Shown piece by piece: positions 1-10,569 of a DNA stretch of 64,000 nucleotides. Under the pieces are notes generated by a model. That model was not told the origin of the DNA and made no database searches. It saw only the letters and a list, made by a program, of their open reading frames with translations. The stretch is from Clostridia bacterium. GTDB taxonomy: Bacteria; Bacillota; Clostridia; TANB77; CAG-508. A program made the translations under genes and the position numbers. The stretch covers positions 68,747 through 132,746 of the forward strand of contig JAGAED010000003.1 in NCBI GenBank assembly GCA_017613275.1, given 5' to 3'. Each line of letters begins with the position of its first letter. Within the stretch, counting starts at the first letter, position 1.

Positions 1-1
1 A

Positions 2-1645
2 CAAGGTTTTAAAGCTGTTGACACTGATACAGCAAAATGGAAATATACAGATAGCACTTATAGTGTTGTACAAGGCTGGAATGATGGTTTAGTTATTGAA
101 GATGACATTGGAAATCAATTTGTATGGGTGCCTTGTTCTTTAAATGAAATCACAGAAAATGGCCAGCCTAAAATTGTGGCTTATTCGAAGAATTTTAGTT
201 ATCCGTCTATTTATTCTGCTTCGGATTTGAATACTTCCAATGCCTTTGACACAACAACTATTGATGGAGTAAAATATAGTGCTATTCCAGTTCGAGAAAA
301 TGAACAAGTCAATACTTATGGTGGCTTTTATGTTGCAAGATTTGAAGCAGGGTTGCCCACTGAAACACTTAATCAATCAGATACTTTAAATAATGTATAT
401 ACTGAAATTCCTGTAAGTAAATATGGTTCAAAATTGTGGAATTACATAGATTATGAACATAGTTATGTTGCTGCTGAAAAAATGATAAACAATACAAGCA
501 AATATGGAAAGAATAAAAGTGGCCTAATTACAGGTACACAATGGGATACAATAATGCAATGGTATGCAGAAAATGATATTCCTATTCTAGCAAATAATCA
601 AAACTGGGGCACATATACTAATCTTCCATATAGTATAAATGGATTGTATTTTACTAATAATACTTCAAACTTATGGAAAAATGAAAACGTTTCTCATGGA
701 TCTGATGATTCATTACACATTTTCCATGCATCAGGACTAAACAATAACGGATATAAAAAAAATATAGCTGATTTAGGTGGAAATGTATGGGAATGGACTA
801 GTGAAAAGTTTTCTATTTATAGAATATTTCGAGCTTGTAGTGCCAATGGTTCTTCAACAGATTATCCCGTTACTTATCGTAATAGACAGGATTCGTTAAG
901 TCAAAGTGTAGGCTTCCGTGTTGTCTTATACATCCAAGACGAACCACAAAAAGAATATGTTACAGATGGCTTACTTGCTTACTATGATGCAGAAAACAAT
1001 ACTGGAACAGGACATAGCTTTGCAACAACAACCTGGAAGGATTTAAGTGGAAACAATAATGATGCAACATTATCTGGATTTGATGGAACAGACGCAAGTG
1101 GTTGGCATTCAAACTACTTAGCATTTGATGGTCAAAATGACTATGTAACAGGAGCATTTAATTCAAATGGAGATATAACTGTTGAATTTATTGCAAAAAA
1201 TAAAAATACAACTAATGCTACTATGTTTATGTTAAATAAATGGGATACAACTCAAACTTCATACCAATTATGGGGAGGATCACATGTAAGAACACCTCGA
1301 TTACTCGTTCCAAGAACCTCAACAGAAACTTATGTTGAATTATCTGGTGGTCAATTAGGTTATTCTGGTACAAACAATATAACTTCATATATCATTTCAA
1401 AAAATCAAAATAGTATTAATACCTATAATAATGGAAAAGTATTGGGGCAATATAATAATCTTTCTTTTATACAGAGATTTAATTTTAATAATACAAATTT
1501 TACAATAGGAAGATGGCACACGTCAAATGCTTATTATAGCAACCAAAATGTCTATGCTATGCGTATTTATAATCGTGCCTTAACCGAAGATGAAATCCGT
1601 CAAAACTATGAAATAGACAAAGTAAGATTTAATATACAAGAATAA
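2..1645 (+). CDS. FGE-sulfatase (SUMF1-like) domain plus LamG/concanavalin-A-like lectin domain protein; 5' partial, open to window start
   Basis: Frame is open from base 2. Shows the FGE hallmark 'GGNVWEWT' and '...SVGFRVVLY'. The C-terminal half has LamG-like features ('LAFDGQNDYVTGAF', 'MRIYNRALTEDEIRQNY'). Confidence 0.6.
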   Translation, partial: QGFKAVDTDTAKWKYTDSTYSVVQGWNDGLVIEDDIGNQFVWVPCSLNEITENGQPKIVAYSKNFSYPSIYSASDLNTSNAFDTTTIDGVKYSAIPVRENEQVNTYGGFYVARFEAGLPTETLNQSDTLNNVYTEIPVSKYGSKLWNYIDYEHSYVAAEKMINNTSKYGKNKSGLITGTQWDTIMQWYAENDIPILANNQNWGTYTNLPYSINGLYFTNNTSNLWKNENVSHGSDDSLHIFHASGLNNNGYKKNIADLGGNVWEWTSEKFSIYRIFRACSANGSSTDYPVTYRNRQDSLSQSVGFRVVLYIQDEPQKEYVTDGLLAYYDAENNTGTGHSFATTTWKDLSGNNNDATLSGFDGTDASGWHSNYLAFDGQNDYVTGAFNSNGDITVEFIAKNKNTTNATMFMLNKWDTTQTSYQLWGGSHVRTPRLLVPRTSTETYVELSGGQLGYSGTNNITSYIISKNQNSINTYNNGKVLGQYNNLSFIQRFNFNNTNFTIGRWHTSNAYYSNQNVYAMRIYNRALTEDEIRQNYEIDKVRFNIQE

Positions 1646-1656
1646 AAATAAGCTAA

Positions 1657-1682
1657 AGCCTTTGCAAACGCAAAGGCTTTTA
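1657..1682 (+). terminator. Rho-independent terminator hairpin aaagcctttgc-aaac-gcaaaggcttt followed by T-rich tail
   Basis: Perfect stem-loop directly after stop codon of the first CDS. An identical hairpin recurs at 2495-2520. Confidence 0.7.
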
Positions 1683-1932
1683 ATAAATATCAACAAGCAA
1701 AAAAATCGTGTTGTTATTTTTAATACTAAATATTACTGGAAAAATCTTCCATATTTGTCGATTTTTGTCGATGAAAAGTCGAAAAAGAATGTTGAAATTT
1801 AAGCAAGTTTATGTTATTCTGTTATTAATTATCGTCTATATAAATTAATTCAACATTTAATTCTAAATTAAATTTCCAAAAAAAATTGTTTTTTAAAATG
1901 AAATTTGTTATAATAAGAAAGGAGTATATTTA

Positions 1933-2259
1933 ATGCAAGATGATTTATTAAATATAGAAACAATTAAAGAATATATTCTAAAGAAAAAAGTAGATTGGAC
2001 AAAACATTGTCTGAATAGACTACAACAAAGAAATATAAAAATAGCTGAAATAAAAACAGCAATTAATAATGGAAAAATAATAGAATATTATTATGATGAT
2101 TTTCCATATCCAAGTTGTTTGGTTTTAGGATATAATGTAAATAAAAGAATGTTACATATAGTATGTGGAATGAGCGAGGATACTATTCATATGATAACAG
2201 CGTATTATCCAGATACAACTAAATGGAAAGAAGATTTAGAAACAAGGAGGAAAGAATAA
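1933..2259 (+). CDS. DUF4258-family protein, putative toxin of a type II TA pair
   Basis: 108-aa ORF preceded by RBS aaggag and an extended -10 tgttataat. Sequence pattern typical of DUF4258. Its end overlaps the next small ORF. Confidence 0.5.
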   Translation: MQDDLLNIETIKEYILKKKVDWTKHCLNRLQQRNIKIAEIKTAINNGKIIEYYYDDFPYPSCLVLGYNVNKRMLHIVCGMSEDTIHMITAYYPDTTKWKEDLETRRKE

Positions 2260-2489
2260 TGAATTGTTTTAAATGTAAAGGAAATTTAGAAGAAAAAAAT
2301 GTTAATTATATGGTAGATTTAGAAGAAACGATTATTATTATTAAAGGTGTACCAGCAAAAGTATGTACACAATGTGGAGAGCAATATTTTGATGATGAAA
2401 CATCAGAAAATATTGAAAAAATTGTTGACCAATTAAAAGAATTATCAACAGAAGTTTCAATTGTTAATTACAAGGAAAATGTTGCATAA
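2259..2489 (+). CDS. YgiT-type zinc-finger protein (MqsA-like antitoxin N-domain)
   Basis: Two CxxC pairs ('CFKCKG...CTQCGEQYF'). RBS aggagg lies immediately upstream of the ATG at 2259, so the track start 2223 was trimmed. Overlaps the DUF4258 gene. Confidence 0.55.
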   Translation: MNCFKCKGNLEEKNVNYMVDLEETIIIIKGVPAKVCTQCGEQYFDDETSENIEKIVDQLKELSTEVSIVNYKENVA

Positions 2490-2494
2490 AAAAA

Positions 2495-2520
2495 GCCTTT
2501 GCAAACGCAAAGGCTTTAAA
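2495..2520 (+). terminator. Second copy of terminator hairpin aaagcctttgcaaacgcaaaggcttt
   Basis: Identical 26-bp hairpin to 1657-1682, bracketing the TA cassette. Confidence 0.7.
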
Positions 2521-2594
2521 AATTTCTCAAAAAAATTGAATTTATAAAAAAAATGTGTTATAATACCAAAAGATTAAAAAGGAGAGAAAAGAAT

Positions 2595-4250
2595 ATGAAT
2601 TATAAAGATTTAGCAGACCTAATATTTCCAGATGTAAAGGAAATATCATATTATGAAGAAAAATATCCAGAAAGAAACCTACCAGAAGGAGCTGTTGTAA
2701 CAAGATTTGCACCAAGTCCAACAGGATATGTACATATTGGTGGGTTATATCAATGTGTTTTGGAGGAAGTTTTAACTAAAAGAACAAATGGAGTTTTATT
2801 CTTAAGAGTTGAAGATACAGACCAAAAGAGAGAAATTGAAAATGGAATTAATGGAATAATTGATTCTTTAAAAAGTTTTGATATAAACTATGATGAAGGT
2901 ATGGTTTCTGAATCAGAAGAAAAAGGAAATTATGGCCCATATAAACAAAGCATTAGAGGTGACATTTACCAAGCTTATGCTAAATATTTAATTGAACAAG
3001 GAAAAGCATATCCATGTTTCTGTTCTCAAGAAGAATTAGATGAAATAAGAGAAAAACAAACAGCTGCAAAAGTTAGACCAGGTTATTATGGAGTTTGGGC
3101 AAAATATAGAACTTTAACTGTAGAAGAAGCTGCAGAAAAAATTAAAAATGGCGAAAAGTTTGTTGTTCGTTTTAAATCACCAGGTAGAGAAGACAGAAAA
3201 ATTAAACATAAAGATGTAATTAAAGGTAATATTGAATTCCCAGAAAATGACTTAGACATAGTAATTATTAAAGGTGATGGGCTTCCAACATATCACTTTG
3301 CACATGTTGTTGATGACCACTTAATGAGAACTACTCATGTTATTCGTTGTGACGAATGGGTTTCATCTATTCCTATTCATTTACAATTATTCTATGAAAT
3401 GGGATTCAAAGCACCTAAATATGCACATTATGCTCCAATTATGAAAGAAGAAGATGGCAAAAAGAGAAAGATTAGTAAAAGAAAGGATCCAGAGGCAGCT
3501 GTCGAGTTTTATCATAAGGAAGGAATTCCATCTCAATCTGTTAAAGAATACCTTTTAAACATTGCAAATTCATCTTTTGAAAATTGGAGAAGAGCAAATC
3601 CAGATAAATCAATTGATGAATTTGACTTCCAACTAAACAAAATGAGTGTAAGTGGTGCATTATTTGATATGGTAAAACTTTTAGATGTTTCTAAGACAGT
3701 AATATCAAGAATGACAGCAGAAGAGGTTTATGAAAAAGCTTCTGAATGGGCTACAAAATATAGTCCAGAATTAAGCAAATTACTAGAAAACAAAGAATAT
3801 GCTTTAAAAGTTTTTGGAATTGAAAGAGGAAATAAAAAGCCAAGAAAAGACATTGCAAAATGGGCAGATGTTATGGAAAACATTGATTACATGTATGACG
3901 AATATTTCTATGCTAAAGAGCAAAATCATGAATATCAAGTAATAAACGAAAATGAAGACATAGCAAAAATCTTATCATTATATATTGAAAGATATGATGA
4001 AAATGATGATAAACAAGCATGGTTTGACAAAATAAAAGAAATAGCTGGAGAACTAGGTTATGCTAAAGAAGTTAAAGAATTCAAAGCAAATCCAGATGCT
4101 TACAAAGCACATGTTGGTGATGTAAGTACTGCAATTCGTGTAGCTTTAACAGCTAGAACAAACACACCAGATATGTATGAAATAATGCAAGTTCTTGGAA
4201 AAGACGTTGTAATTGACAGATTACAAAAAGAGATTGAAAGATTAAAATAG
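2595..4250 (+). CDS. gltX: glutamate--tRNA ligase (class I aaRS)
   Basis: 'RFAPSPTGYVHIGG' HIGH-type motif and 'KISKR' KMSKS-type motif. RBS ggagag sits before the ATG at 2595; the track ORF began further upstream at 2553. Confidence 0.85.
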   Translation: MNYKDLADLIFPDVKEISYYEEKYPERNLPEGAVVTRFAPSPTGYVHIGGLYQCVLEEVLTKRTNGVLFLRVEDTDQKREIENGINGIIDSLKSFDINYDEGMVSESEEKGNYGPYKQSIRGDIYQAYAKYLIEQGKAYPCFCSQEELDEIREKQTAAKVRPGYYGVWAKYRTLTVEEAAEKIKNGEKFVVRFKSPGREDRKIKHKDVIKGNIEFPENDLDIVIIKGDGLPTYHFAHVVDDHLMRTTHVIRCDEWVSSIPIHLQLFYEMGFKAPKYAHYAPIMKEEDGKKRKISKRKDPEAAVEFYHKEGIPSQSVKEYLLNIANSSFENWRRANPDKSIDEFDFQLNKMSVSGALFDMVKLLDVSKTVISRMTAEEVYEKASEWATKYSPELSKLLENKEYALKVFGIERGNKKPRKDIAKWADVMENIDYMYDEYFYAKEQNHEYQVINENEDIAKILSLYIERYDENDDKQAWFDKIKEIAGELGYAKEVKEFKANPDAYKAHVGDVSTAIRVALTARTNTPDMYEIMQVLGKDVVIDRLQKEIERLK

Positions 4251-4373
4251 TGCATAAAAAATTCAATTTTATATAATGTAAAAGCAAAAATGAAAGAAAT
4301 TATTTTCTTTCATTTTTTTTACTTGACTTAGACCAAAAAAGCTAATAAAATAGAGGAAATGGGAGGCAATAAA

Positions 4374-7300
4374 ATGGGAAAATTCGTACACTTACATATA
4401 CACAGTGAATTCAGTTTATTAGATGGAGCAAATAGAATAAAAGACATTCCGAAACGTGCAAAAGAGCTTGGAATGGACTCAATAGCAATTACAGACCATG
4501 GTGTTATGTATGGTGTAATTGATTTTTATAATGCCTGTAAAGAAGAAGGAATAAAGCCAATAATTGGCTGTGAAGTATATGTTGCGCCTCGTTCAAGATT
4601 TGACAAAGAACCAGGTGTGGACAATAAATATAACCACTTAATTTTGTTAGCCAAAAACCAACAAGGGTATAAAAACCTTAGTAAATTAGTATCTTTAAGC
4701 TTTGTTGATGGGTATTATTACAAACCAAGAATAGATTTAGAAATTTTAGAAAAATATCACGAAGGATTAATATGTTTAAGTGCATGCTTAGCTGGAAGTG
4801 TAAACCAAGCACTTTTAAATGGAAACATGGAAAAGGCTGAAGAAATAGCACTTTGGCATAAAAAAGTTTTTGGAGATGACTATTACATAGAAATACAAAA
4901 TAATGGATTACAAGAACAAGTTTTAGCAAATCAAAAACTTATACAATTAGCTAGAAAACTAGATTTGCCATTGGTTGCAACAAATGATGCACATTATTTG
5001 AGAAAAGAAGATGCATATAATCACGAAGTTTTACTATGTATTCAAACAGGTAAAAGAATGAGTGATGAAGATAGAATGAGGTTCGAAACAGACGAACTTT
5101 ATATAAAATCGCCAGAGGAGATGATAGAATATTTTAGCGCATTTCCTGAAGCAATTGAAAACACTGTAAAAATTGCAGAGCAATGTAATGTAGAATTTGA
5201 ATTTGGGCATACAATACTTCCAAATTATGATGTGCCAGAAGAATTTGCAACACATTACGATTATTTTAAAAAGTTATGTGATGACGGAATTCGCAAAAGA
5301 TATGGAGAAAATCCATCACAGGAAATTCTAGATAGAGCAGAATATGAATTAAGTATAATTCAAAAAATGGGATTTGTGGATTATTTCCTAATTGTGTGGG
5401 ATTATATTCACTTTGCTAAAGAAAATGGAATTTCAGTAGGACCAGGACGTGGAAGTGGTGCAGGTTCAATAATTGCCTATGCAATAGAAATAACAGATAT
5501 TGATCCAATAAGATATGGTTTAATGTTTGAAAGATTTTTGAATCCAGAAAGAATCTCAATGCCCGATTTTGACGTTGATTTTGCTGATATAAATCGTCAA
5601 GATGTAATAGATTATGTATCTAGAAAATATGGAAAAGACCATGTTTCTCAGATTATTACTTTTGGTACAATGGCAGCAAAAATGGTAATAAGAGATGTGG
5701 CAAGGGTTTTAGACGTTCCATATAATGAAGCAGATAGTTTAGCAAAAATGATTCCAAATGAACTTCATATCACAATAAAAAAAGCAATTGAGCAAAACAA
5801 AGAATTAAAAGCATTATATGAAACAGATGAACAAACTAAAAAAATATTAGATATAGCAATGAGCTTAGAAGGTATGCCAAGACAGGCTTCAACACATGCT
5901 TGTGGAGTTGTTATTACAAAAGATCCAGTAGATACTTATGTACCACTTTATGTAAGAGATGGACAAATTGCAACACAATTCATAATGACAACACTAGAAA
6001 AATTAGGTCTTCTAAAAATGGACTTTTTAGGATTAAGAACTCTAACAGTAATTCAAGAAACTATGAGAATGGTAAAAGAAAACCAAGGTATAGATGTTGT
6101 TTTTGACGAAGATATGGCAGACCCAAAAGTTTATAAATTATGGCAAGAAGGCAAAACAATGGGGATATTCCAGTTCGAATCTCAGGGAATGACAGTATTT
6201 ATGAAAGAACTAAAACCAGACTGCCTAGAAGATATAATAGCCGGAGTTTCACTATACAGACCAGGTCCAATGGACCAAATTCCAAGATATATAAAAGGAA
6301 AAATGAATCCAGGTCATAATGAATATACACACCCAAGTCTTGAACCAATATTAAATGTAACTTATGGTTGTATGGTTTACCAAGAACAAGTTATGCAAAT
6401 AGTTCGTGATTTAGCAGGATATTCTCTTGGTAGAGCTGACTTAGTAAGACGTGCTATGGGTAAGAAAAAGCTTGATGTAATGGCAAAAGAAAGAGAAATA
6501 TTTATAAATGGTCAAGTAGATGAGTCTGGAAATGTAGTAGTACCAGGTTGCGTAAGAAATGGAATTGACGAGGTTTCAGCAAATAAAATATTTGATGAAA
6601 TGGCAGAATTTGCAAAATATGCTTTCAATAAATCACATGCTGCTTGTTATGCAGTAGTGGCTTATAGAACAGCATATTTAAAAGCATATTATCCAACAGA
6701 ATTTATGGCTGCAATGTTAAATAGCTATTTAGGAAACTTGGATAAAGTTCCACAATATATAGATGAATGTAAGGTTTTAGGAATAAAAATCTTAGCACCA
6801 AATATAAATGAAAGTATGGAAAGCTTTACCGGAAAAAATGGTGAAATTCGTTTTGGACTTGGAAGTATTAAAAATGTTGGAACAGAGCCTGTAAAACAAA
6901 TAGTTGATGAAAGAAATAAAAATGGTAAATTCAAAAGCTTTACAGATTTTTGTGAGAGAATTGCAGATAAACAAGTAAACAAAAAATGTATAGAAAGCTT
7001 GATAAAAGCAGGAGCTTTTGACGAATTTGAACAAACCAGAAGTACTTTGCTAGCTTCATTTGAAGGAATTATAGATATAATACAATCTAGCAATAAAAAA
7101 GGTTTTTCTGGTCAAGTTTCTATGTTCGATTTAGGGTCAAGTGAAGAACAAGAAGAAATGAATGAGATAAAATACAATTTTATAGAACAAGAAGAATTGC
7201 CAAATAAAGAATTATTGTCACTTGAAAAAGAAATGCTTGGAATTTATATTTCTGGTCATCCGTTAGCAAAAATGAAAGAACAAATGGAGGCTGTAACTAC

Positions 7301-7877
7301 AATAAATTCAATGAATTTAAAGCAAATAGATGAGCAAAACACAACACAGGATGGAGCAGAACAAGGTGTAAATATTCAGGAAAAACCTAAATATAAAGAT
7401 GGTCAAAATGTAAAATATGCTGGAATAATTACAGCTATTAAGAAGAAATATACAAAGAATAATAAAATAATGGCATTTGTAACAGTAGAAGATTTATATG
7501 GTCAAACTGAAGTACTTGTTTTTGAAAACGCTTACATGAAAGCTGGAAGTAGCTTGACAGAGGAAAATATTGTCGTTGTTGATGGAAGACTAAGTATAAG
7601 AGAAGATGATTCATGCACAATTATTGCAAATGATATTAAGGACTTGGCTGATCAAAAGCCAAAACAGTTAATTATAGATATTACAAATGCAACAGAGGAA
7701 CAAAAAACAAAGTTAAGAGGGGCAATCAGATTCTTTAATGGCGATAGAAATAATATGCCAGTTGCAGTCAAGATAAATGAAGAAATTAAGCCATGTGGGG
7801 CAATTCTTTTCAATGAAGAAATCTATGAGGTCTTTTCTAGTATAGTGGAAAAAGAGAAAATAAGTGTGTTACAATAA
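4374..7877 (+). CDS. dnaE: DNA polymerase III alpha subunit (DnaE-type)
   Basis: PHP domain at the N-terminus ('HLHIHSEFSLLDGA'), 1168 aa. RBS gggagg before the ATG at 4374. Confidence 0.9.
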   Translation: MGKFVHLHIHSEFSLLDGANRIKDIPKRAKELGMDSIAITDHGVMYGVIDFYNACKEEGIKPIIGCEVYVAPRSRFDKEPGVDNKYNHLILLAKNQQGYKNLSKLVSLSFVDGYYYKPRIDLEILEKYHEGLICLSACLAGSVNQALLNGNMEKAEEIALWHKKVFGDDYYIEIQNNGLQEQVLANQKLIQLARKLDLPLVATNDAHYLRKEDAYNHEVLLCIQTGKRMSDEDRMRFETDELYIKSPEEMIEYFSAFPEAIENTVKIAEQCNVEFEFGHTILPNYDVPEEFATHYDYFKKLCDDGIRKRYGENPSQEILDRAEYELSIIQKMGFVDYFLIVWDYIHFAKENGISVGPGRGSGAGSIIAYAIEITDIDPIRYGLMFERFLNPERISMPDFDVDFADINRQDVIDYVSRKYGKDHVSQIITFGTMAAKMVIRDVARVLDVPYNEADSLAKMIPNELHITIKKAIEQNKELKALYETDEQTKKILDIAMSLEGMPRQASTHACGVVITKDPVDTYVPLYVRDGQIATQFIMTTLEKLGLLKMDFLGLRTLTVIQETMRMVKENQGIDVVFDEDMADPKVYKLWQEGKTMGIFQFESQGMTVFMKELKPDCLEDIIAGVSLYRPGPMDQIPRYIKGKMNPGHNEYTHPSLEPILNVTYGCMVYQEQVMQIVRDLAGYSLGRADLVRRAMGKKKLDVMAKEREIFINGQVDESGNVVVPGCVRNGIDEVSANKIFDEMAEFAKYAFNKSHAACYAVVAYRTAYLKAYYPTEFMAAMLNSYLGNLDKVPQYIDECKVLGIKILAPNINESMESFTGKNGEIRFGLGSIKNVGTEPVKQIVDERNKNGKFKSFTDFCERIADKQVNKKCIESLIKAGAFDEFEQTRSTLLASFEGIIDIIQSSNKKGFSGQVSMFDLGSSEEQEEMNEIKYNFIEQEELPNKELLSLEKEMLGIYISGHPLAKMKEQMEAVTTINSMNLKQIDEQNTTQDGAEQGVNIQEKPKYKDGQNVKYAGIITAIKKKYTKNNKIMAFVTVEDLYGQTEVLVFENAYMKAGSSLTEENIVVVDGRLSIREDDSCTIIANDIKDLADQKPKQLIIDITNATEEQKTKLRGAIRFFNGDRNNMPVAVKINEEIKPCGAILFNEEIYEVFSSIVEKEKISVLQ

Positions 7878-8006
7878 TTAAGAAAAAATCTTAAAACCAC
7901 TTGCAATAAAAATAAATTTGATATAGAATTGGATTGCCATGTAAAATAATGGTAATAATATAAAAAAAGACTTCAAGAAAACTTGAAATCAAAAGGAGGA
8001 AAAATT

Positions 8007-9023
8007 ATGTCAGTAAAAGTAGCCATTAATGGTTTTGGACGTATAGGACGTCTTGCATTTAGACAAATGTTTGGAGCAGAGGGGTATGAAGTTGTTGCAA
8101 TAAACGATTTAACAAGCCCAGATATGCTTGCACACTTATTAAAATATGATTCTGCACAAAAAAGATATGAAAAGGCAGATACAGTGGTAGCAGGAGAAGA
8201 TTCAATAACAGTAGATGGAAAAACAATAAAAATATATGCTGAAAAAGAAGCTCAAAATCTTCCATGGGGAGAAATAGGAGTTGATGTTGTATTAGAATGT
8301 ACAGGATTCTACACATCAAAAGAAAAAGCTTGGGCTCATATAGAAGCAGGGGCTAAAAAAGTAGTTATTTCAGCACCAGCTGGAAAAGATTTACCAACAG
8401 TCGTATTTGGTGTAAACGAAAACGTTTTAACATCAGAAGACAAGGTAATTTCAGCTGCTTCATGTACAACAAACTGCTTAGCACCAATGGCAAAAGCATT
8501 AAATGATTATGCACCAATTCAATCAGGAATAATGACAACAGTTCACGCTTACACAGGTGATCAAATGTTATTAGATGGACCACACAGAAAAGGTGACTTA
8601 AGAAGAGCTAGAGCTGCAGCTGTTAATATAGTTCCAAACTCAACAGGTGCTGCAAAAGCAATTGGACTAGTTATACCAGAATTAAATGGAAAACTAATTG
8701 GTTCAGCTCAAAGAGTTCCAGTTCCAACAGGTTCAACAACAATATTAGTTGCAGTTGTAAAAGGAGAAAACATTACAGTAGAAGGAATAAATGCTGCAAT
8801 GAAAGCTCAAAGCAGCGCATCATTTGGTTACACAGAAGAATTATTAGTTTCTTCAGACGTAATCGGAATGACTTATGGTTCATTATTTGACGCAACTCAA
8901 ACAATGGTAACAGAAATAGGAGACGGATTATATCAAGTTCAAGTAGTATCTTGGTATGATAACGAAAACTCTTACACAAGTCAAATGGTAAGAACAATAA
9001 AATATTTTGCAGAATTAGGATAA
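8007..9023 (+). CDS. gap: type I glyceraldehyde-3-phosphate dehydrogenase
   Basis: '[11 protein letters not shown]' Rossmann motif and 'SCTTNCLAP' active-site cysteine. RBS aaggagg before the ATG at 8007. Confidence 0.92.
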   Translation: MSVKVAINGFGRIGRLAFRQMFGAEGYEVVAINDLTSPDMLAHLLKYDSAQKRYEKADTVVAGEDSITVDGKTIKIYAEKEAQNLPWGEIGVDVVLECTGFYTSKEKAWAHIEAGAKKVVISAPAGKDLPTVVFGVNENVLTSEDKVISAASCTTNCLAPMAKALNDYAPIQSGIMTTVHAYTGDQMLLDGPHRKGDLRRARAAAVNIVPNSTGAAKAIGLVIPELNGKLIGSAQRVPVPTGSTTILVAVVKGENITVEGINAAMKAQSSASFGYTEELLVSSDVIGMTYGSLFDATQTMVTEIGDGLYQVQVVSWYDNENSYTSQMVRTIKYFAELG

Positions 9024-9033
9024 AAATACTTAA

Positions 9034-9062
9034 AAACTCTGGCAATGCCAGAGTTTTTTTGA
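9034..9062 (+). terminator. Rho-independent terminator aaaactctggcaatgccagagttttttt
   Basis: Perfect hairpin plus T-run after the gap stop codon. Confidence 0.8.
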
Positions 9063-9092
9063 TATAATTATTTACAGAAAAGAGGAGATTAA

Positions 9093-9674
9093 ATGAAGTT
9101 ATTAATGCACGCCTGTTGCGCTCCATGTAGTGTCTACTGCATAGACAAATTAAGAGAAGAAGGAATAGAGCCAACAATTTATTGGTACAATCCAAACATC
9201 CATCCATATAAAGAATATGAAGCCAGGCGAGATTGTTTAAAAGAATACACAAAATCAATTAATGTAAATTGTATAATAGAAGATGAATATGGTTTAGACG
9301 AATTTTGCAAGAATGTATCTAACGATTTAGACAACCGTTGTGCAAACTATTGCTATCCAGTTCGTTTAAGAAAAACATTTGAATATGCAAAACAAAATGG
9401 CTATGATGCAGTAAGTACAACGCTTTTATATAGCATATATCAAAACCATAATTTCATAAAAGCATATTGTGAAAAATTAAGCAAAGAGTATGGCATAGAA
9501 TTTTTATACAGAGATTTTAGATACGGATTTTGGGAAGGACATGACAAGGCAAAAGAATTAGGATTGTATATGCAAAAATATTGTGGTTGTGTATTTTCAG
9601 AAGAAGATAGATATGTCAAAAAGAAAAAAGATAATTTAAGCTTACCAGAAGGATTTGAGTGGAGAAGAAAATAA
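9093..9674 (+). CDS. queH: epoxyqueuosine reductase QueH (DUF208)
   Basis: 'LLMHACCAPCSVY' CCxPC motif characteristic of QueH, ~190 aa. Confidence 0.65.
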   Translation: MKLLMHACCAPCSVYCIDKLREEGIEPTIYWYNPNIHPYKEYEARRDCLKEYTKSINVNCIIEDEYGLDEFCKNVSNDLDNRCANYCYPVRLRKTFEYAKQNGYDAVSTTLLYSIYQNHNFIKAYCEKLSKEYGIEFLYRDFRYGFWEGHDKAKELGLYMQKYCGCVFSEEDRYVKKKKDNLSLPEGFEWRRK

Positions 9675-9753
9675 CTAAAAAGAATACTTTACAAGTATTC
9701 CTTTTTAGTATACAATAATATTATAGAAGCAAAAGAGAAAGGAAAGTGAATAT

Positions 9754-10539
9754 ATGGAAGAAAATATACAAAAATTATTAAGTAATAATATTTTTCAATC
9801 ATGTTTAGTAGTACTTGGAAGTATATTAATATATGAGATTTTAAACAATTTTATTTTTAAAAAAGCCAAAGGAAAAAACTCAAGACTAAGTAATAGAAAC
9901 AAAACTTATGTTAAAGTATTTTCAAGCTTTTTAAGATATGCCTTAATAATAATAAACATATTTACTATACTTCAAATAAATGGAATAAATGTCGATTCAA
10001 TTTTAGCAGGAGCTGGAATTATAGGTATTATAGTTGGTTTTGCTGTGCAAGATGCTTTAAAAGATATAATCAGAGGTATGACAATATTAACAGATAGATA
10101 TTTTCAAGTAGGTGATGTAGTACAATATGGAGAAGTAATGGGGAAAGTTATTTCAACAGGGTTAAATACTACTAAGATAGAAGACTTGAAAACATTTAAT
10201 ATTGTTTCTGTTGCAAATAGAAATATAGAACAAATTCAAGTTGTTTCAGATTCAGTTGATATTATGGTTCCATTTTCTTATGAATTGCCACTTTCAAAAG
10301 CAGAAATGGTTGTAACAGAAATTATAGAACAGATAAGATTGTTGCCTGATGTGAAGAAATGTGAATATAAGGGAGTTTCAAATTTAAAAGAATCTAATAT
10401 AGAATGTATGATAAATATAAGGGTAGAACCTACAATGAGAAGACCTATAACAAGGCAGGTACATGGAATAATATTAAGAACATTAGAAAGAAATAATATT
10501 GAAATTCCTTATAATCAATTAGATATACATCAAAAATAA
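9754..10539 (+). CDS. mechanosensitive ion channel family protein (MscS-like)
   Basis: N-terminal TM helices followed by an MscS beta-domain-like stretch ('ILTDRYFQVGDVVQYGEVMGKVISTGLNTTKIED'). Confidence 0.75.
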   Translation: MEENIQKLLSNNIFQSCLVVLGSILIYEILNNFIFKKAKGKNSRLSNRNKTYVKVFSSFLRYALIIINIFTILQINGINVDSILAGAGIIGIIVGFAVQDALKDIIRGMTILTDRYFQVGDVVQYGEVMGKVISTGLNTTKIEDLKTFNIVSVANRNIEQIQVVSDSVDIMVPFSYELPLSKAEMVVTEIIEQIRLLPDVKKCEYKGVSNLKESNIECMINIRVEPTMRRPITRQVHGIILRTLERNNIEIPYNQLDIHQK

Positions 10540-10540
10540 A

Positions 10541-10566
10541 AAAAAGTGGTTTAACCACTTTTTTTA
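10541..10566. terminator. Bidirectional terminator aaaaaagtggtttaaccacttttttt
   Basis: Palindrome with A/T runs on both sides, between the convergent MscS and deoD genes. Confidence 0.75.
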
Positions 10567-10569
10567 TTT

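Noticed and set aside
2-1645. FGE/LamG protein as a prophage tail-fibre and evidence of a prophage at the window start
   Set aside because: No other phage genes (terminase, portal, capsid, holin) are present in the following sequence. The gene is followed directly by a TA cassette and gltX.
2223-2258. Longer start for the zinc-finger ORF (track start 2223, 'MERRFRNKEERIMNCF')
   Set aside because: The upstream ATG has no RBS and overlaps the DUF4258 gene by 37 nt. A strong aggagg sits 7 nt before the ATG at 2259.
2490-2594. Possible T-box leader upstream of gltX (and similarly upstream of hisS, 55200-55520)
   Set aside because: The leaders are too short or lack the conserved T-box sequence (AGGGUGGNACCGCG) and the specifier-loop architecture. 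Only ordinary promoters (tgttataat; TTGCAT-N17-TAAAAT) and terminators were found.
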